Source: Aeromonas phage SD04
Sequence record: MH230177.1
DNA length: 24,000 nt
Reading direction: 5' to 3' (one strand)
The position numbers were made by a program, and so were the translations under genes. A model generated the notes under the pieces. The model saw only the letters and a program-made list of their open reading frames with translations, searched no databases and was not told the DNA's origin. How positions within the stretch are numbered: the stretch's first letter is position 1; each line of letters opens with the position of its first letter. This document shows positions 16,086-23,894 of this stretch, one piece after another.

Positions 16086-18421
16086 TATTTGCTTAAGTCT
16101 TTGAAAACACTCTCAATTGACTCGTCTATATACCATCCCAACCCCCTGAAATTACGCTTCAATGCATCCTCACGCGTAACCGGAACAAGCGCGCCCATGT
16201 CTACAAGTTGTTTGATAGTGAGGTCTGTTGCAGTACCTGCTCCCATCCTGTGATTCTTGAATGCTGCTAACCCGTAGGTTCTGCGTGTGATAGTTGCCTT
16301 CGGAATAATACCGTCAACTCGCAGCTCCTTACGATCACATGCAATTTTACCGCCAAGATAATCTTTGCAGACCTGACAGATAGCCTTCACACGCGTTTCA
16401 TCATCACCGCCGATAGTACCTTTTTCCCATGCATTGATCATGATGTCCTGTCCATGCGTAACAAAATCTACCGCCCATTGCATGTGATTAGGCTGAACGA
16501 CAGGATTGATCCAGTTTTCCCCCACTGCTAACAGGGAAGCAAGACGCAGGGCTTTAAGGTGCGCACGGTTCCACGGCTGACGGATAGCTTCGTCTTTAGT
16601 TGCGTTAATGTGTTCATCACACAGCAAGTTAAACTCCCGTTCAATCCTTTCCGCTTCAGGGCTTAACTGGACGGTAACGGTCTGGAACTTCGCCATTGTC
16701 ACTAACGTGTGGTTAACAAGATGGCATACCATGTCCTTTAATTGCTGCGGCATTGTAATTTCAGGATTCTCGTTTGCAGGAACACGATCCCCTTCATATT
16801 GCACAATGTGGAAACGGGACAAGAAACCGTCTTCCATCATTTCACGTGTTAACGCTTCAAAGAATGTGTCCGGTGTTGTTTCGCCCAAAACGCTGAACGC
16901 CACCCCTTCCATTGTCTTGGTATTATTAGCCTTATCAGAATATCCAATACCACCAACAACATCCATCGCACCAGATTTTTGATACACATCTGTAATAGTT
17001 TGCTTCAAGGTGTAGTTCGCAGTGCCTGGCTGAGCTGTCGCCATGCCTTTAATGGTTTTACCAAACTCACCGTTAATATTCACAAACGAAGTATGATCCG
17101 CAAAACTTTTACGCAAGGCAGGACCGGAAGCATAGTTAGTCATGTCTACAAATTCATGCACTTGCGGTAATTGCTCCCCTACTTGCTTACAGATATAGCT
17201 GGGCCCAGCGTGAAGCATTTCTTTACCAACACCTGATCGGGCAATGAGCACAAAGTAACCGTTCAGCCCTGTGTTGGTGATAGTATTCCATACCTTACCG
17301 CATACGCCGGACAAGAATGCTAACGATGCAGTGATTGCAATCTCTTTCACCGGACGCTGCGATGCCTTGTAGATATACTTCGCAAGCTCACCAGCAAGTC
17401 CCGGCGGCCATTCAATAGCTGTTGCATCAATGGATGTGCTTTCTGCAACTACTATTTCACCGGAAGGGCTGACTGTGGTTACAGGCATTTCCGTTACCTG
17501 CTGCATTGCACTGTGTGCGGCTTGCATACGGGCAGCGTAATCCCGCGCCAGCGCCGCTACGTTTTCCTGGGCAATGCGCTCACGCTCCATGCGACCGCGA
17601 CACATACGCAAGCAACGGTCAATATGAACATTGTTCTTGTTAGCCTTCTCACGTTTGCCCAGTGCGCTGTAACGGAACAGACGACGACATTGCTCATTAC
17701 TTTCTGTGTAGAATGCATACATAGAAATAAGGGCAAGGTCTGCTTCAGACTGGGAAGGGAATCCCATTTCAACCCATTCACCATTGAAGAGGCGTGCATA
17801 CTTATCGCCGTTGTCTGCTTCAAGGGCACGCTGGTGAATGGTTGCATCGTCTTCTATCGGATCTTTTTCTACCAGTTCAATCTCATATGTCTTGCGCTGA
17901 AGATCAATTTCATTCACAAGCATAGTAAGATAATGATCACGTTCTGCAACTGGTTTGTTATAAACAGGATTGCCCGTGCAAATAATAAAACGCTCCTGAC
18001 TATAAACCTCGACACCATCACGTCGGCGTCCTTTACCGATGTTTCCTCTTAACCACAGGTGAACACCCAAGCCTGAGCGACTTACTTCGGTGTAAGTATC
18101 GAACGCGGTCATGATTTGTTCGAAGCGGCGCAACTGTTCCGGCGTCGTGTGCTTCTTGGGATCCGGTTCATTGGTTGCGTTCTTCACATCCAGGTCGATG
18201 CAGGTGAACGGGTCTTGCGCAGTAAGCACGAAGCCGATGTAAGGTTTGTTGAAATGCGCGGCGCAACATTTGGCAGCTTCAAACGTCATAAGCATATCCG
18301 GATCGGTAACGTCCGCCGCCATCAGACGCCCGATATCGTTATCCCATACAAGCGGTTTTTTATCCGCATCGGCCACCGCCCATTGTGGGAAAGCTTTAAT
18401 TTCAGCGGGAAACAGTTCCAT
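16085..18421 (-). CDS. Primase-polymerase / DUF3987-type helicase (replication protein)
   Basis: 778 aa; N-terminal prim-pol-like FTCIDLDVKNA...TYTEVSRSGLGVHLWLRG...RRRDGVEVYSQERFIICTGN; C-terminal DUF3987-like ATPase IARSGVGKEMLHAGPSYI ... FSVLGETTPDTFFEAL. Confidence 0.85.
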   Translation of the reverse strand: MELFPAEIKAFPQWAVADADKKPLVWDNDIGRLMAADVTDPDMLMTFEAAKCCAAHFNKPYIGFVLTAQDPFTCIDLDVKNATNEPDPKKHTTPEQLRRFEQIMTAFDTYTEVSRSGLGVHLWLRGNIGKGRRRDGVEVYSQERFIICTGNPVYNKPVAERDHYLTMLVNEIDLQRKTYEIELVEKDPIEDDATIHQRALEADNGDKYARLFNGEWVEMGFPSQSEADLALISMYAFYTESNEQCRRLFRYSALGKREKANKNNVHIDRCLRMCRGRMERERIAQENVAALARDYAARMQAAHSAMQQVTEMPVTTVSPSGEIVVAESTSIDATAIEWPPGLAGELAKYIYKASQRPVKEIAITASLAFLSGVCGKVWNTITNTGLNGYFVLIARSGVGKEMLHAGPSYICKQVGEQLPQVHEFVDMTNYASGPALRKSFADHTSFVNINGEFGKTIKGMATAQPGTANYTLKQTITDVYQKSGAMDVVGGIGYSDKANNTKTMEGVAFSVLGETTPDTFFEALTREMMEDGFLSRFHIVQYEGDRVPANENPEITMPQQLKDMVCHLVNHTLVTMAKFQTVTVQLSPEAERIEREFNLLCDEHINATKDEAIRQPWNRAHLKALRLASLLAVGENWINPVVQPNHMQWAVDFVTHGQDIMINAWEKGTIGGDDETRVKAICQVCKDYLGGKIACDRKELRVDGIIPKATITRRTYGLAAFKNHRMGAGTATDLTIKQLVDMGALVPVTREDALKRNFRGLGWYIDESIESVFKDLSK

Positions 18422-18427
18422 ATTTAA

Positions 18428-18631
18428 TTAAGACCTCCGACGCTTATCGCCTTGCATCTTTTCCAGGACGGGTTCTGCCAATGAACGTTTATAGATGTAC
18501 ACGCTACCGATTTTAATAGCGCCGGGAATGCATTCGCGCATTCTGGAGAGCTTAAATTTTGAAATACCGAACTGGTTTTCAATTTCGGTAGTTGTTATAT
18601 AGTTGTGATTAAATTCTTCGACGTGGGTCAT
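18428..18631 (-). CDS. Small HTH (AlpA/excisionase-like) DNA-binding protein
   Basis: 67 aa; YITTTEIENQFGISKFKLSRMRECIPGAIKIGSVYIYKRSLAEPVLEKM fits a MerR/AlpA-like winged helix pattern; directly upstream of the primase-helicase gene. Confidence 0.6.
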   Translation of the reverse strand: MTHVEEFNHNYITTTEIENQFGISKFKLSRMRECIPGAIKIGSVYIYKRSLAEPVLEKMQGDKRRRS

Positions 18632-18692
18632 AGCTCCTCCTTTGTTCGCACACTATACACAGATAAGAGGAGCCATTGCAATGCGTTTTGCG

Positions 18693-19439
18693 TTACACGA
18701 TATGGGGGCAGTAATATTTATCCATAACAAACTGAAAAACTTCTTCAGGTGTGCGGTCATTACGAAGTTCAATCATATGATTGTCTAGCCATTGCAAACT
18801 CTCCTCAGCCTTATCTCTATTATTAAAGTGCAATAGCGCTGAAGGCGTACCGCCATGAGGTATAACTTCAAGTCTAAATGCACCTGTTTCCAGATGCGTT
18901 ATGTTGCAAGCCGGCCAAACGCCGCGGTTTTCCCATATAGAAGGCGCATCCTCAAACCTGCATGAGCCATACCATTTATTACGAAGCGATGTGATCTCCT
19001 TACTTGTTAACGGGGCACCCTTAACCCTTTCATGTTCCTCCAGCCAGGCTTTAAATTTTGGGTTAGGTTTGCGCCCGGGCTTTCCACCTTTCACCTTTGC
19101 GCTTTCTTTAAACGCTTGTTCATATGGGTCTGATCCCTTGCCCATGTGGTAATTGAATTTGCCCGTATAGCTGCGAAGCTCTTTGGCATCCAATTCACGC
19201 CCCAGCTTATCGCTAACCCATGCAAGAAAAGCTTCCCGCTCTGCATCCAGTTTTCCCGCTTTCGGTCTTACAGATTTTTTAACTGGCTGCTCCACATCCT
19301 CGTTGAAGTAATCTTCCACCATAGCAAGAGCCTGTGATTTGGTTGGCGCACCGCGCAACCGTGAGCACGCTTGCACAACCCAGGCCGCGAAGCACATATC
19401 CTTAACCACAGTGTTGGATGTAATAATTTCTTCACTCAT
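18693..19439 (-). CDS. Hypothetical protein, possibly replication-associated
   Basis: Start ATG 19439 (MSEEIITSNTVVKDMCFAAWVVQACSRLRGAPTKS...), 248 aa; first gene of the replication operon. Confidence 0.75.
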   Translation of the reverse strand: MSEEIITSNTVVKDMCFAAWVVQACSRLRGAPTKSQALAMVEDYFNEDVEQPVKKSVRPKAGKLDAEREAFLAWVSDKLGRELDAKELRSYTGKFNYHMGKGSDPYEQAFKESAKVKGGKPGRKPNPKFKAWLEEHERVKGAPLTSKEITSLRNKWYGSCRFEDAPSIWENRGVWPACNITHLETGAFRLEVIPHGGTPSALLHFNNRDKAEESLQWLDNHMIELRNDRTPEEVFQFVMDKYYCPHIV

Positions 19440-19469
19440 AATCCACCTATACGCGTAGAAAGAAAGGTA

Positions 19470-19498
19470 ATCATATAACAAAGTTTTTGTAATCGCAA
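19470..19498 (-). promoter_or_regulatory. Candidate leftward promoter of the replication operon
   Basis: Minus strand TTGCGA (19498-19493) - 17 nt - TATGAT (19475-19470). Confidence 0.55.
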
Positions 19499-19517
19499 AA
19501 CCTTCGCAAAACTTTGT
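19478..19517. promoter_or_regulatory. Operator-like inverted repeat overlapping the promoter
   Basis: Perfect 10-bp inverted repeat ACAAAGTTTT (19478-19487) / AAAACTTTGT (19508-19517), enclosing direct repeats TCGCAAAA at 19493 and 19504. Confidence 0.55.
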
Positions 19518-19539
19518 CTTTCCTGCATTATATTAAACG

Positions 19540-19762
19540 ATAGTGCTAGTGGCCAGCATAGTGGCACTGCTGCTTATAGTGCGCCGTTACTGGCTTCGCT
19601 ATAGTGTGCCACTATACGCTCACTATACACTAATAACTAATTTTATTTTATTTAGCGGTAATAAAGTTTTGGGTTTTTGGGGGAGACCCCTATATATCCC
19701 GGAAAAAACAAAGAAATAGTAGTAGTAGTGAAAAACATAGTGAAATGCCACTATCTCACTAT
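19540..19762. repeat. Cluster of ATAGTG / CACTAT hexamers
   Basis: ATAGTG at 19540, 19558, 19576, 19601, 19737; CACTAT at 19610, 19621, 19749, 19757, in a ~700-nt gap without long ORFs. Confidence 0.75.
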
Positions 19763-20111
19763 CACTACTAATTTAATGTAATTCATGGGGGTGTCTATGT
19801 ACCAAAAACCTAAAACTTTCAGTCAACAGACTAAAAACGGATAGAAACTAAAAGTTAATAAGTAATAACATAAATATATATAAAATAAGGATTTATTAGT
19901 AATGTATATAGTACCTATTGGTATTATTTGAATGTTTTTGGGTCACTGTTAAAAAGTCCCAAAACTCACAAAACCTGAACGGATGCAGATCAAAAATGAG
20001 AAGTCAAGTGCTTTTGAGGGAAATTTATTGAACTATTGTGATCGGAAGGTGTATCAAGCTATAATGCGCTTAATCGCGGGATATTGGAGGAGGACTTTAT
20101 TGCGCGGTTAA

Positions 20112-20137
20112 CCGGACCAGTAGGAGGACTGGCCCGG
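20112..20137. other. Hairpin with AGGAGG (+) / CCTCCT (-) loop
   Basis: CCGG-A-CCAGT-AGGAGG-ACTGG-C-CCGG. Confidence 0.6.
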
Positions 20138-20144
20138 CAGTAGT

Positions 20145-20471
20145 TTAGAGCTGTACAGGTGTGAAGTGGGCTAGCGTATCGTCGGACATGATACCCGACA
20201 GTTTTTCGTTTACCCAGTCGGACCAAATGCTATCCGGTTCCTGGCGGTGCACAAACCAGATTTCGGATGTGCCTTCTTTGCGCATCGGTTGCACTTCTGC
20301 AAGGAACTTGTCCTGCATAAGGCGGGTGAAGCATACGCTGGTCATTGGAACCGGCTTTTCGTCTTTATTGTAATAAGGGATTAATATTTTATTCCCGAAG
20401 TTGGCAACTTTATAAACCGTTCCTTTGCGTAGACCTCTGATGTCAGTGTAAGAGCGAATGAACTTTTTCAT
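20145..20471 (-). CDS. Hypothetical protein
   Basis: 108 aa, MKKFIRSYTDIRGLRKGTVYKVANFGNKILIPYYNK... Confidence 0.7.
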   Translation of the reverse strand: MKKFIRSYTDIRGLRKGTVYKVANFGNKILIPYYNKDEKPVPMTSVCFTRLMQDKFLAEVQPMRKEGTSEIWFVHRQEPDSIWSDWVNEKLSGIMSDDTLAHFTPVQL

Positions 20472-20473
20472 GT

Positions 20474-20650
20474 TTATTTCCTTACGAATACAGAGCCGAC
20501 GAATAATGTTGACTGAGTGGCAGCTTGCTCGATTAATTCGCCAACAAGCTGGGACTGGTTTAGAGGTTTAAGACCTTCTTTGGCGCGAGCTTCATTTACA
20601 CGACGTTGAAGGTCTTTTAAGTATTGAGTTGCGAAACTATCTAATTGCAT
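20474..20650 (-). CDS. Small hypothetical protein
   Basis: Start ATG 20650 (MQLDSFATQYLKDLQRRVNEARAKEGLKPLNQSQLVGELIEQAATQSTLFVGSVFVRK), 58 aa. Confidence 0.65.
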   Translation of the reverse strand: MQLDSFATQYLKDLQRRVNEARAKEGLKPLNQSQLVGELIEQAATQSTLFVGSVFVRK

Positions 20651-20706
20651 TTTCTTATCCTTAGGGCTCCCGCAGAAGCCCGTCAGTTGAACAGTGTGGT
20701 TATAGA

Positions 20707-21321
20707 TTATGCGTCCAAGCCGTTGTATTTGCGCCAGGCGTAGAACTGAATGGCTACCGTCGTCCCGTTGTAAGAAGGCATTGCAGCTTTCATCTCTTTC
20801 AGCTCCGGCGTGCGGCCCAGTTCGGTTAAAAGTTTGTCGCCCATTGCCCACACTTCGGCAGTTTTTCCTTTCAGCGGCTTGCGAGCGCCATTTTTGAAAT
20901 CACAGCGAGCAGCTTTTGCATCCTGTTTTGGCGCGGCAGCTTTTGGCTCTTCAATTTTGATTTCAGAAACCTGCGTGGCAGCTTTTGCGTGTTTCATATC
21001 TTTCTCTTCCTCCTGCTCCAAAGCTTCGAGGCAGCTTTTGACAATTTCCGGATTTACCATCGGACGCAGTACCGAGACGCTAGCAGCTGGCGCGGCGGTC
21101 GGTGCTGGGACTTTCTGCTCGGGCTTTTGAGCTTTTTCGTGATCGCGCAGCACCTGAAGGACTTCCTTCTCGATAATATAAAAACCAATGTCGTCCTGAT
21201 GGATTAACTGTTCGTGTGCGTCGCGTGCAACCTGGCCCCAGCGGGTCTTCAGAGCGCGGCGTGCATTCGTTTTCATGGTGTAGCGCATTTTGTCCTGTTC
21301 GCGGTGAGTTACTTTAGACAT
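20707..21321 (-). CDS. Hypothetical protein, C-terminal domain shared with 4326..5129
   Basis: Start ATG 21321 (MSKVTHREQDKMRYTMKTNARRALKTRWGQ...), 204 aa; C-term WAMGDKLLTELGRTPELKEMKAAMPSYNGTTVAIQFYAWRKYNGLDA. Confidence 0.78.
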   Translation of the reverse strand: MSKVTHREQDKMRYTMKTNARRALKTRWGQVARDAHEQLIHQDDIGFYIIEKEVLQVLRDHEKAQKPEQKVPAPTAAPAASVSVLRPMVNPEIVKSCLEALEQEEEKDMKHAKAATQVSEIKIEEPKAAAPKQDAKAARCDFKNGARKPLKGKTAEVWAMGDKLLTELGRTPELKEMKAAMPSYNGTTVAIQFYAWRKYNGLDA

Positions 21322-21394
21322 GGTATAGCTCCTTTCGTTAATGTTAGTTTGCTTATTACTGCCCACCGTAATGATGAGCAGTGTATAAGAAAAC

Positions 21395-21643
21395 TTACTG
21401 GGCGATAGCAACGAAATCGGCGGTTGCGATATCCATGCTTGCGAAAGCAACGATGCCATAGTCGGTGTCGTTTTCGGCGTTAAACGCTTTGAGGAACTGC
21501 TGTATCGCTGCTTTATGGTTAAGCGTTACGTCGATAGCATAGTCCCAGCTATAGACTTTGCGCTTGCCAAAATCTTTAACTGCAATGCGTGCGCCTTTGG
21601 TGTTAGTTGGTGCCAAAAATTTGGTGACGATAGAAGTAGACAT
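21395..21643 (-). CDS. Conserved phage hypothetical protein
   Basis: 82 aa; MSTSIVTKFLAPTNTKGARIAV... pattern (KFLxPTNTxGxRI) familiar from many phage/plasmid hypotheticals. Confidence 0.75.
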   Translation of the reverse strand: MSTSIVTKFLAPTNTKGARIAVKDFGKRKVYSWDYAIDVTLNHKAAIQQFLKAFNAENDTDYGIVAFASMDIATADFVAIAQ

Positions 21644-21711
21644 GATATAATCCTCGTTTTGTTTAAGTTGACTTATTATTGCCCAGTCAGATCAACTAGG
21701 CAAGATATAAA

Positions 21712-21864
21712 TCACTTAATTTGTACTAAATCGTATTCTTTGTAAATTTCGCTAATGTACATATTGAACTGTCCCATTAAGAAGATTTCGGCCTCCTCCC
21801 AGCTTGGGGCAGATACATAACCAGCTATTTTACCGGACGCGAGTTCCACTAATTTGAATTCCAT
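21712..21864 (-). CDS. Small hypothetical protein
   Basis: Start ATG 21864 (MEFKLVELASGKIAGYVSAPSWEEAEIFLMGQFNMYISEIYKEYDLVQIK), 50 aa, RBS AAGGG upstream. Confidence 0.6.
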   Translation of the reverse strand: MEFKLVELASGKIAGYVSAPSWEEAEIFLMGQFNMYISEIYKEYDLVQIK

Positions 21865-22184
21865 GATGCAACCCTTAATGTGGTTAAGCAGTATTGCTTT
21901 GTTGAAGTAATAATAGCCTTGCATCGTGATATTGAATAGGCCAAAAGTGCTATTTTGATATTGTTTTGCATCTAGTAAAAATTATGCTTGCCCTGCATGT
22001 TTAGCACAAACGGCCTAACTAACATCACATCATCTGGAGTATTCGCGCGGGCGCGCACATACATATAAAGCTGCCAAATATTTTTTATAAAAAGATGCAA
22101 AAGGTGTAGACATATGATTGGTCTAGCACTACTATATACACATACCGCAAGGGTACTACAAATTAACTTAAAGGGGTTTACATC

Positions 22185-22469
22185 ATGTCCATCGTTACTA
22201 TGTCGTTCTTCGACCATTGCAATAACGAAAAACAAATCATCGTTAACCTGCAAAAAGGATCTGTTGTCGCACGTAATGCAAACCGCCAATGCATCGCGCT
22301 AACCGATTTTGCTTTCCGCCTTAACGTGGACAACACCACCGCTAAAAATATCGTTCACGATACGGCGATGGAAGCTGCTCATGCTGCGAAGAATGAAGGT
22401 ATCCGCGCCGCACGTAAAATCATGCACAAAGCGCTCGGCATCACGTTCTTCGTTGGCATTAAGGGGTAA
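22185..22469 (+). CDS. Hypothetical protein, first gene of the rightward block
   Basis: 94 aa, upstream AAAGGGG; MSIVTMSFFDHCNNEKQIIVNLQKGSVVARNANRQC... Confidence 0.75.
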   Translation: MSIVTMSFFDHCNNEKQIIVNLQKGSVVARNANRQCIALTDFAFRLNVDNTTAKNIVHDTAMEAAHAAKNEGIRAARKIMHKALGITFFVGIKG

Positions 22470-22474
22470 CTACT

Positions 22475-22618
22475 ATGGCACGCAAATACTCGCTTACACG
22501 CGCACAGCACGCGTTATTATTGCAGGTTATGCGCATGGAGTACGAAGAGACTACATGGGCGCAGGCTATGCAGACAGGGCGCGAGTTCTATGCACAACTA
22601 ATAGCACAAAATGCCTAG
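22475..22618 (+). CDS. Small hypothetical protein (47 aa)
   Basis: MARKYSLTRAQHALLLQVMRMEYEETTWAQAMQTGREFYAQLIAQNA*; start 5 nt after the stop of the preceding gene; AAGGGG upstream. Confidence 0.6.
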   Translation: MARKYSLTRAQHALLLQVMRMEYEETTWAQAMQTGREFYAQLIAQNA

Positions 22619-22676
22619 ACAATATGATCGGTCTGGTGGATACTACACACATCAACCAAACAACGGGGTAAACAAA

Positions 22677-22835
22677 ATGTTAATCTTAATCATGATGGTC
22701 GTCGCAGTAGTAGGTCCACTGGTAGCACTGATCGTAACCGAAGTAATGGACGCTAAATGGGATCGTGAATACAACGAAGTAATGGAACAGCGTTATGCAG
22801 CTCGTAAAGCCCGCAAAGGAGGAGCGGCGCTATAA
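22677..22835 (+). CDS. Small membrane-anchored protein (52 aa)
   Basis: MLILIMMVVAVVGPLVALIVTEVMDAKWDREYNEVMEQRYAARKARKGGAAL; N-terminal TM helix and charged tail. Confidence 0.6.
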   Translation: MLILIMMVVAVVGPLVALIVTEVMDAKWDREYNEVMEQRYAARKARKGGAAL

Positions 22836-22855
22836 CGCACACAGCGCCACGCTAG

Positions 22856-22894
22856 CGAGCTAATGCACAAAGGCAATGGTAATGCATTAGCTCG
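22856..22894. repeat. 12-bp perfect inverted repeat
   Basis: CGAGCTAATGCA - 15 nt - TGCATTAGCTCG. Confidence 0.8.
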
Positions 22895-23190
22895 GGCGAA
22901 ACAGGCGCACAGCGTCGCGCACAGCTCGCACAGCGCACACCGACCCACGCAGGCCCAGCCGCGCGACCCGACCCATCCTTTTCCCAGGTACTTGGAGCGC
23001 TGGGGAGTGCCCTGTCCATCCTGATAGTATCCTTGTTTGAAAATCTAACTCGTCAACTATGTTGTTGCCGACATACTCACCTGTCACACCCCACCTACCT
23101 TAAAAACTGACCCTTGAGTGTTTCACGCTTTCTATATACTGGGTTTAGTGTTAAAATATTGATGACATAAAACTGATCGGAGATATTGAA

Positions 23191-23286
23191 ATGAGTTTAA
23201 TTGGATTAGCTAGTGCATTTGTGCTCGGTATGGTAGCTGGAGCAATGTTAATGGTGCTAATTGTTGTACTAGCAATGCGAAATTAG
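23191..23286 (+). CDS. Very small membrane peptide (31 aa)
   Basis: MSLIGLASAFVLGMVAGAMLMVLIVVLAMRN* preceded by CGGAGATATTGAA. Confidence 0.5.
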   Translation: MSLIGLASAFVLGMVAGAMLMVLIVVLAMRN

Positions 23287-23708
23287 TCTGGTGACAAGGT
23301 ATTGGTATGAATAATAAACGTTATATATTAAGAGTGTCTGATAAATCCCCTATGTTTGACTGGAGGGGTTGGTGGCTGCTTGCTCCGATGCAAGGACTTA
23401 CAGATGAAGTAAGTAATGCTTATCTATACACTAAAGAGGAATTGGATAGTAATTTGTATCTCACGGACAATATTAAACATGGCATATTCACTATAACCGT
23501 CAAATATATATGGATTTTGGTAGTAAATTCTGAGTCGTCAACGTATAATTCGTCTTGTAGTTTCTCCATAGCTACCATCTTTAAGCGGATGCAACCAATT
23601 TCTATCAATTCACACCTGTTTTTAGAGCATCAAGGAGGTATTTATGTGCGACTCCAGTGCAAGCGCTACACCAGCACCTCCAGCACTGTGGTTACAGAGG
23701 TAAATGCA

Positions 23709-23894
23709 ATGCGATTAGGTCCATATCGCGGCTATTATGGTCGTGCTGCATGGAATGACGCTACTCAACGTTTTGAAGGCTGGATTATCTGCCCGGAACG
23801 TGTTAAATTTCACTCCGTAAAAGAGAAAAATATCATTCTTAATTTTCAAAAATGTGTCACTAAATATGTAGAGGAGCAAGAAGAATGCGTGTAG
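23709..23894 (+). CDS. HicB-like antitoxin-fold domain; may be separate or the C-terminus of the 195-aa ORF 23307..23894
   Basis: MRLGPYRGYYGRAAWNDATQRFEGWIICPERVKFHSVKEKNIILNFQKCVTKYVEEQEECV resembles the YxGxxxxxxxxxxFxGxI...VxFxxxxxxxLxxxFxxxVxxYxxxxee HicB-like pattern; own GAGG upstream of ATG 23709. Confidence 0.5.
   Translation: MRLGPYRGYYGRAAWNDATQRFEGWIICPERVKFHSVKEKNIILNFQKCVTKYVEEQEECV

Noticed and set aside
17513-18052. 179-aa plus-strand ORF opposite the primase-helicase
   Set aside because: Antisense to a well-supported coding region; no recognisable motif or RBS.
22887-23087. 66-aa minus-strand ORF MTGEYVGNNIVDELDF...
   Set aside because: Covers the GC-rich repeat island, C-terminus is repeat-derived Arg/Val/Ala, weak RBS; not supported as a gene.
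23420-23608. 62-aa minus-strand ORF within 23307..23894
   Set aside because: Part of it (RLKMVAMEKLQDELYVDDSEFTTK) looks mildly protein-like, but direction, lack of a clear RBS and overlap with the rightward gene argue against it; low priority.
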